Shown here: positions 23,571 to 31,605 of the stretch, in pieces
Layout: each line of letters starts with the position of its first letter
Numbering within the stretch: the stretch's first letter is position 1
Assembly (NCBI GenBank): GCA_051294375.1
Contig: JBJCIZ010001670.1
Span: 38,805-70,409, forward strand
Direction of reading: 5' to 3'
Source: Paraspadella gotoi
Taxonomy: Eukaryota > Animalia > Chaetognatha
Length of the DNA stretch: 31,605 bases
Made by a program: the position numbers and the translations under genes
The notes under the pieces: model-generated
Told to the model about the DNA's origin: nothing
The model's input: only the letters and a program-made list of their open reading frames with translations
The model's database searches: none

Positions 23571-24060
23571 TAATGGCCAAGGATCAGAAGGTAATCATTC
23601 GCGAGGATGGAGAGACCGATGCCGAGCGTCGTCCGCTTCGTTCGACCAATGAAAAGTAAGAGACTGAAATCACAGCCAATCAGGAAACTTTCTCTCTCTC
23701 TCTCTCTTCTCTCGTCTCTCTCTCTCTCTTCTCTCAAGGCGAGCAATCATTCACTACATCATATGGAGTCATTCAAACGGAAATTAAAGGGAGGGGTAGG
23801 GAACGATGAGAGAAGATAGGAGAGAGAAGAGAGAAAGTAGAAAGAAATCCTGATCTGCTAGTCATCTTTCGTCTCTTACTCTTCAGTTTGTCAACGAACG
23901 GAACGAGCTCCGCATCGGTCTCTCTCTATTCCTCTGCGAAATGATAACCTTTCTTGATTCCTTTTGGCCAATGAAGTTCGGGTTTGTCGTTTTGTTCCGT
24001 TCGTCGCTCCGTTCAATTGTGTGGCCTGCGTCAGGTGCCGACCAAAGGGTTAAAAAAATT
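23498..24060. repeat. Long imperfect inverted repeat (arms about 23498-23720 and 23815-24060)
   Basis: 23574-23685 (tggccaaggatcagaaggtaatcattcgc...gagagaccgatgc...agtaagagac...atcagga) is the reverse complement of 23848-23970, with many 1-nt indels. Confidence 0.85.
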
Positions 24061-24809
24061 TTTCTCTGGTGGTTTTATCAAACGTCTTAAGTAAAAGTTA
24101 CCCAATTCTGTTAAACATAATATAAAGCTCCACATTGTCACAAAATTTTAGTCAAAGCTATATTAAGAACTATGTCATTTAAAAATTATACTGATGGTGA
24201 CGTAAGATACCGAAACACGGTGACGTTTTTTTTCGATATACTTTTTGTAGTGTCTAATAAGCTTTCATTTTCTTGTCGCTGTCCGTCCTACGCCATTTCT
24301 CCTTGCGTCTCCGCGTTCTACACACCCGACTCTCCCTACATTATCACTTGCCCTTTCTCCTTCAATCTAGCAAGTCTATACTCACACACCCTAAAACTGA
24401 CGTACATTCTCCCCGACCCGTACTTGGTTCAACTTTAAATGGAATAGATAATTTAAAATTACATGTAAGTCAAAAACTAAAAATGCAGGATAGATATAAG
24501 GGAAAAAATTATTTCTTTTTACCTTCTTCCAAAAGGCGTGCCAAGAAGATAAAAGGCAAGAAGAAAGGACATTCCCAAAGATAAAAAAATTTTTCTCTCA
24601 ACTATCCTCTAAAATGCATTCAACAAAATTTTGAAGAGAACAGTGAAAATGGACAAAAATGCGACATGATTTTTTTTCCCTTAAAGGGTTGCAAAAATGT
24701 TACTTCTTATATGATTAGAAATACTGGAGATGTTTTTAACCAATCGCGTAATATTTTGGCGTTTTGCCTAATTCCTATTATAATNNNNNNNNNNNNNNNN
24801 NNNNNNNNN

Positions 24810-24844
<35 letters not shown>

Positions 24845-25683
24845 CCAATTCGTGGTGACGAAATATTTACATGGATTTTCGTTCGTGATTTCCGAAAAAG
24901 AGAAGAGAAAAAAAATATCTAAGAACCAGAGAAGAGAATGTTTAAAATATAGAAAAATAAAAGTGATTTGATATATATAGAGACATATATAAAGAAAGAT
25001 GATAAAAAAAAAACGCAAATTGGGAAAACGGAGTCCAAGTCAACACATATACTTTGGAAGGAGCGACCGACCATTTCATGGGAAAAATCCCTTGCCTCCG
25101 GAGTTTCCATGGTGCTCATGGTGCAAAACGACTGTCCGTGTCGTCATGGCGTCGTTATCGACTTCTTCATCGACGTCGTAATTGTCGTCGTCATGGAGAC
25201 GATAAACTAAACAAGAAAAAAATCCTCGTAAAAAAAAAAGAACATCTGGATTTTTTTTTTCTCGTTTTGGTTTATTTTTCGAATGAGTTTCTAAGGCGGC
25301 GTCGGTCAGAGCCTCCTTGCGGCCGCGAGGCGGATGACAACGATGACGATGATGACGAGGATCTAAATAACGACGACGCCTTGAAATAAAAGCTGACGAT
25401 GATAACAAAACAATAAGTAAATATTTTTCATAAATTTGCAAAAGAAGATTTATTAAAAGAAATATTAAGTTGGCATACAAACATAAAATATATGTAATCT
25501 TTCTTGATGCTGCAATATGCAAATAAGATTGAGAAAGTCAATTTCATTTCATATTGTATCATTGGATTATATCTTATAGAAATTTTTATACCGATTGATG
25601 AATATCATCGAAGAAGCAAAAAAAAAAAAAATGTTGGAAAAGAGAAAGGAGGAGGTAAAGAGAGAACAGAGAGGAGAAATGAA

Positions 25684-25714
<31 letters not shown>

Positions 25715-25715
25715 C

Positions 25716-25755
<40 letters not shown>

Positions 25756-27172
25756 CGCAACACAAATTCTTCCTGCATAGGTGAATAAAAATTATTTCAA
25801 AGCGGAGAAAAAAAAGAATTAGGCTCGCATCCCAGGTAAGTGTAAGTGAGAGACGCGAGAAGAGGACGAGTAGAGAGAGAGAGAGGAGAGAAGAGAAGAG
25901 GACGAGAGAGAGAGGAGGCGAGAGAGAGTAACAGAACGCAGACAGAGATAGGTCCGACAGACGGACAAAGCAAATGAAGTGCAAAACTCAAAACGAAACG
26001 CATATTAAGACAGAGAAAAGTCCATCAACAACTGATTTTTTCTCGACGTTCCAGATTCTCTCTCTCTCTCTCTCATCTCTCTGCTCTCTCTTCTCTCTCT
26101 CATCTCTCATCCTCTCCCCATCTCTCTCTCTGTCTCTCCCTCTCTCGCTCCATGACAGTATGTGACTCGACATCTCTCGCGAGAACACTGAAGCACAAAA
26201 GATGATTAAAAAAATCAAAGAAAAAAGAAAAGAAAAGAAAAAATAAAAGAAAGTTCTGAAGGACGATAGATAGAAGGACGCTTGTTCGCAGCGGGCCACC
26301 GCTGCACCGCCTCATCCCGCTGTTGCCACTGCGCGCTGCTGCGGAGAAATGAACCTCACCCCGAGAGGCAACAACGTGGAGCGACTTACCTTGTTGAGGA
26401 AAGACTAGAGCGAATGCATCAGAGAAGAGAGAGAGAGACGAGAAAGGAGAAGAGAAGAGAGGAAGGAGAGGAGAGAGAGAAGAGAGAGAGAGGCGGACAG
26501 AAACAAATAGGACGGTCAAAATGGAGACGGACTGACAGAAAAATCCGTCGGTTTTACTCTTCTTTAGTTTCCAAAGACTAAATCAGTGAGAGAGTCATAT
26601 ATAAACACGAACGACTTTGGAACGCATTCGTCGTCCCGACGTCGATTCGCGTCAAAAGATTCCTATGCGACAACGGATTGTACGAGGGAAACAAAACCGA
26701 TCGCACGACTCTGATTGGTCCGTTATGAATCATCACCCTTTCCTGCCTCGTGAAATAAATTATTTTGCTAAAGAGAAATCGTCCTCGACTTTTAATGGAA
26801 CAAAAGTTCGACGAGATCGGTATTTATTTATTTTTTTGTTCCGGGGAAAACTAATAAACAAGCAAAGCAGAAGGAAAAAAAAATTAAACAAAAGGGGAAA
26901 ATGAAAAGGTAGAAACTATAATGGGGTTTGGATTTTTGTTAAGTAAGAGAGAGAGGAGAGGAGGGAGAGAGAGTGAGAGAGAGAGAGAGAGGAGAGGAGA
27001 AGACGAAGGAGAGAGAGACAGAGAGATGAGAAGAAGAAAGTGGGAAAGAGAGCAGAAAGTTTAAAGCGGTCCTTACTTTTACAGGACGCGCAAACGTAGG
27101 GAAGAAAAAAAAAGAGGAAAACCGAAAAAAAAAGATTTGTATTAAGAGAATGAGAAGAGGAGAAGAGAGAGA

Positions 27173-27251
<79 letters not shown>

Positions 27252-27252
<1 letters not shown>

Positions 27253-27499
27253 GAAAGGAACCGGAGTAAGGAACTCAGGAGGTAAGTGCTTTCGAGGTTT
27301 GTTTATGACAGGGCGAGAATATGACGGCGACGCCCATCCCTCAACCCTTCTCTCTCCTCCTCTCCTCCTCCTCTCTAGCCGAAAACTTAACCGCCCGCAA
27401 AAATTGTGTTTTGTTTTTTCCATCACTGGCCTCTTTTGCCTGGCTGGTAGTGCCACGCTCTCTCCTCTCTCTCTCTCTCTCTCTCCTTCTCGTCTCTCG

Positions 27500-27541
<42 letters not shown>

Positions 27542-27616
27542 CAAATCCACTTCTCCGACCTGCCTTCCTCAGCGTTCTAAGCGAGACGCCCCGTCAGTTC
27601 CCAGGCGGGACTCATT

Positions 27617-27677
<61 letters not shown>

Positions 27678-27786
27678 NNNNNNNNNNNNNNNNNNNNNNN
27701 NNACAACAAAATAACCAAATATTGTAAATAAAATTGTTATTTTCAAAGTTTATTTTTTAATCTTTTATGAACGAAACGTAGTTTGT

Positions 27787-27833
<47 letters not shown>

Positions 27834-27835
27834 GG

Positions 27836-27866
<31 letters not shown>

Positions 27867-28260
27867 CGGAACGGAACCGCGAGTAAGGAACTCACGGAAG
27901 AGTAAGGCTTTTCGAGGTTTGTTTGAAGGCGAGAATATGACGGGCGGCGCCATCTCAACCTCCTCTCTCATCCTCTCTTCTCCTCCCTCCTCTCCTCTCT
28001 AGCCGAAAACTTACCGCCCGCAATTGTGTTTTGTTTTTTGCCTCACTGGCCTCTTTTGCTCGAGGGGTAGTGCACTTCTCTCTATTCTCTCTCTCTCTCT
28101 CCTCTCCGTCTCCATCCTTATCTCTCTCATCTCTTACCTCCGATCTCGTCTTCTCCCAAATCCTCTCACATTCTTCGAAACTCTGCTCTTCTACCTGCAA
28201 TATCTGACGCTTCTAAGCGTTAGAACGCAAACCCGATCAGTCCCAGGCGGGACTCAATTT

Positions 28261-28265
<5 letters not shown>
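27252..28265. repeat. Direct duplication A (about 27252-27621 and 27868-28265) on either side of a 25-N gap
   Basis: Shared anchors gagtaaggaactca, ctctctagccgaaaactt, tcactggcctcttttgc and cccaggcgggactca. Differences are mostly small indels. Confidence 0.9.
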
Positions 28266-28326
<61 letters not shown>

Positions 28327-28346
28327 AGGAGAGAGAGAGAGAGATA

Positions 28347-29848
28347 CCAGAGCTCATCATTCTAATGTGTGGGCGCAATTTGGAAATGTTATCGGCTAAA
28401 GACTCCAAATCGTCTCTCTCAATAAGAACCGAAAACGATCATACATTTTTTTTTCAGTCCCAGAGGTGAAAATGGGGGCGGAGCCGGTGAGTGAGGGTGA
28501 AAATAAAGGTAGTGATTAAAGGAGTGAAAACTGGAGAGTGATGATTGAGGCTAAACTAGGGGGGCGATTGTGAACGAACGAAGTGAGGGGGCCAAAGATT
28601 GAATGATTAGAGTGATATTTTGTTAAGAGAAAATTGTGAATGGCTGTGAAAGAAAAAAAAAATTGTGAAATTTGGGAGAAGAAGACAAGGAGATAAGTAG
28701 TTAAATAAGAAGTTAAAAAAGAAGAAAGAAATTAAAAAGTGGAATAAAATAAATCGATAGAAGTATAATCAAGGAAAAGCACTGACGAGCTTCCTTGTTT
28801 GTTGGAGTCTATCGCTGGGAGGAATATCAAAGTCGTTAGTATGGAAGTTAATCGAGAACGAATTGTTGTTGTCGGCTGCCGGAACCGCGATGGCCGCTGA
28901 GAGACTGTCGGGTGTGAGGGCCGTTTAGAAAGATGTCGGAGGGGCCGTGAGGGGGCGTTTCTGAGAACTCTTGAGAATTCTCGCGCGTATTTTATAGAGA
29001 ATAACAATGACATAAAAATTCAAGTTTTGGATTAGGAATTTTAACCGTCGTGAATGTTGATTTATGTTGTTGGTGTGTTGTTGATCGGAAACGTGGAGAG
29101 AGAGAGAGAGATCCAGAGCTCATCATTCTAAGTGTTGGGCGCGATTTGGAAATCGTTATCCCGGCTAAAGACTCCAAATTCGTCCTCTCTCAAAAGAACC
29201 GAAAACGCATCACCATTTTTTTTTCAGTCCCAGAGGGTGAAAATGGGGGGCGGAGCCGGTGAGTGAGGGGTGAAAATAAAGGGTAGTGATTAAAGGAGTG
29301 AAAACTGGAGAGTGATGATTGAGGCTAAACTAGGGGGGCGATTGTGAACGAACGAAGTGAGGGGGCCAAAGATTGAATGATTAGAGTGAATTTTTGTTAA
29401 GAGAAAATTGTGAATGGCTGTGAAAAGAAAAAAGAAAAATTGTGAAATTTGGGAGAAGAAGACAAGGAAGATAAGTAGTTAATAAGAAGTTAAAAAAGGA
29501 AAGAAAATTAAAAAGTGGAATAAAATAAAGTCGATAAGTATAATCAAGGAAAATGAACTGACGAGCTCCTTGTTTGTTGGAGTCATAGCTGGAGCGAAAT
29601 CTCAAAGTCGTTAGTGGAGTTAATCGACAACGATTGTTGTTCCGCTGCGACGCGATGGGCCGCTGAGAGATGTCGGGGCTGTGGAGGGGCCGTTTAGAAG
29701 ATGTCGGGGCTGTGGAGGGGCCGTTGAGAACCTTGAGATTTCGCGCGTAATTTTTAGAGATAAAAACATAAAAATCCAGTTTTGGATTTAGGAATTTTTA
29801 ACGTCGTGACTGTTGATGTTGTTGTTGTTGTTGTTGTTGTCGGAAACG
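28347..29848. repeat. Tandem duplication B (about 28347-29093 and 29113-29848, about 750-bp unit)
   Basis: Collinear from ccagagctcatcattctaa to tcggaaacg. The copies differ mainly by homopolymer-length and single-base indels. Confidence 0.93.
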
Positions 29849-30247
29849 CTTTCGTCGTTGTGTATATAATCTATATAATCTAGGTAAACTGCTTAACAAT
29901 ACCTTGCTTAACCCAAAAAACTATATACGCCCAAAACTGACAAGACCGACAAGATCCAACGAGGCCCAATCCCCGAAACCATCGAAACTACTATTCAAAA
30001 CAAAAAAACAAAAAAACAAAAAAAGAAAAAACCAAAAAACAAACTGGTTCAACCCAAACCAACCAATTCAAACATGGGGTCCCAAGCCAGCTCAAAATTG
30101 GGACCTAAGCTAGCTCAACTTCGGAACCCATCGGAGCCCAAAACCTTTTTTCTAAATGTCATCGTTTACATCGAAACTCCTTTTCAGAGACTCAATGTGT
30201 TTGGATGGAGACGAGGGCTAAAGTGGCTTGGCTCGTTTAGAAGATCG

Positions 30248-30279
<32 letters not shown>

Positions 30280-30729
30280 AGAGAGGATGAGAGGGAGAGC
30301 AGAAATGTTTATAAAATTTTTCTCTTGAGTCAGAGTTGAGACGGTTTTGTGACTCTGAGAATTTGGCGGGTCTCGTGATTCGTGAGGTCCTGGTGATTCC
30401 GGGTTGAAGATGACAGTGTCTCTCCGTCATCTCTCCTCTGCTGCTCATCTTTCTCAGTTTTTCTCATTCTCTCTGTCTCCTCCCATCCTGTTCGGCAGGA
30501 TCTCCCGTATCCCACTCTCTCTCTCTTGTCTCTGATCTTTCTCTTATCAAAACAACTTCCTACATGCATACAAGTTCACACGTGATGCACTAGGTTTTGT
30601 TGCATCGTCAACGTGCTTAAAGTTTAAACCATTTCGCATCGTCTCTCGTCTGTTACATCTCTTTCTCTTCTCTCTCTCATCGCTCCTCGTACACACTCTC
30701 TCAAAACCTCTCTTTCTCCCGCTCATCAG

Positions 30730-30835
30730 GCGCCCCCACCTAACGTGTGGCATACCGACCGGGGCGAGGATACCGACGGCCCCGGGGCGAGTGGGCCGCG
30801 GCGTCATGTACATTCTCTTTTCCGAACTGAAACAA
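30730..30835 (+). CDS. Candidate isolated exon of an unidentified plus-strand gene
   Basis: GC-rich 106-nt block between a long pyrimidine tract ending catcag| and donor CAA|gtgagt. Two frames are open (RPHLTCGIPTGARIPTAPGRVGRGVMYILFSELKQ or APPPNVWHTDRGEDTDGPGASGPRRHVHSLFRTET). No family recognised. Confidence 0.3.
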
Positions 30836-31232
30836 GTGAGTCGCAAGACGAGGCGTTAGAACTAAGGCGGGGGACGCCTGGGACAGCGACGGACGACGGA
30901 CGGACGACCGACGAACGACGACGCCGACGACGACGTGTGGATGAAACTACGAGGAGGGGAATATGACAAACTGACAATGATGATGATGATGGATGATGAT
31001 TGAATATGATGATATGCATGATGAGGATGCATGACGATGATGATGAGATATCGAGTGATAATTTCCGACGACGAAGACAACAACAACGTAAAGACTCAAT
31101 GACCTTTTGGATTGTCCAAGGAGATTGGAACGATACTGAGAAAAAAAAACGGAGAGAGAGATGGGAGGGTAAGATGTGTGTCTGGGCATTGCCGTAGGTT
31201 CCACTCGCCTATAAGCATGACTCTTTACAGTT

Positions 31233-31420
31233 GTGACCGGTGGCGTCATTATAAAGCCATCAGCTGATTGACCACTAGTACTGGGTTCAATCCTCGACCT
31301 GGGTCCCCTACCTTAGGAAGATGTGAGGGGGCCTTAGCCTCGCTTGGGGGGCGTGGCATAATTCCTCAACTGCCAGGTTCCATGCCCAGGACCCTGTTCC
31401 ATGTCTGTTAGAGGAGTTGT
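31233..31420 (+). mobile_element. Degenerate tRNA-derived SINE-like element
   Basis: A-box-like tggcgtcatt at 31241 and B-box ggttcaatcc at 31284-31293 at tRNA-like spacing. No intact cloverleaf. Followed by a GC-rich body with hairpins (ggtcccct/agggggcc; gggcgtgg/ccatgccc). The 3' boundary is approximate. Confidence 0.5.
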
Positions 31421-31605
31421 ATAGTAAGTTACGGGATAGTCATCTTGTCTGCCGCAACTTCCGCGCCTTATCGCATCACAGATGTGTGAGAGAAGTGAAG
31501 AAGAGCAGAGAGATGAGGAGTGAGACAGGAGAGAGAGAGAGAGAGAAATTCTGAAGAAGTCTGTTGCTTTCTTGTTGGTTTTGTACTATATTTTTTGTCT
31601 GATGA

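Noticed and set aside
24191-24225. ctgatggtgacgtaagataccgaaacacgg, reminiscent of Penelope-type minimal hammerheads
   Set aside because: The core is CUGAUGG rather than CUGAnGA, and there is no closing stem I.
29558-29599. Hammerhead-like core CTGACGA-GCTCC...GGAGC-GAAA
   Set aside because: No stem I or convincing stem III with a cleavage triplet could be built, and the duplicate copy near 28782 lacks GGAGCGAAA. The region is error-prone, so recheck only after polishing.

Overview
Animal (probably invertebrate bilaterian) genomic scaffold: CpG-rich, very dense in (GA)n, (GAC)n and (GGA)n microsatellites, with ten N-gaps. The only gene I can firmly identify is a minus-strand Mnx-class homeobox gene (MNX1/HB9, fly exex). 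Three coding exons splice in frame with GT-AG sites: 10584-10427, 3706-3569 and 3327-2653. The N-terminal exon is not visible, but a fitting start (MSVGAGK[N/K], ATG at 18973) runs straight into the 831-N gap. The large intron holds an 18/54-bp higher-order minisatellite that reads antisense as a His-periodic ORF, and a candidate enhancer cluster. From about 23.4 kb on there are a noisy inverted repeat, two noisy tandem duplications and two 25-N gaps, which look like long-read gap-filling artefacts. A LINE-like 3' tail and a tRNA-derived SINE-like head lie near the two ends. Most ORFs in the supplied track are microsatellite or N-gap artefacts. I found no convincing new biological system, so the findings are leads with stated tests.
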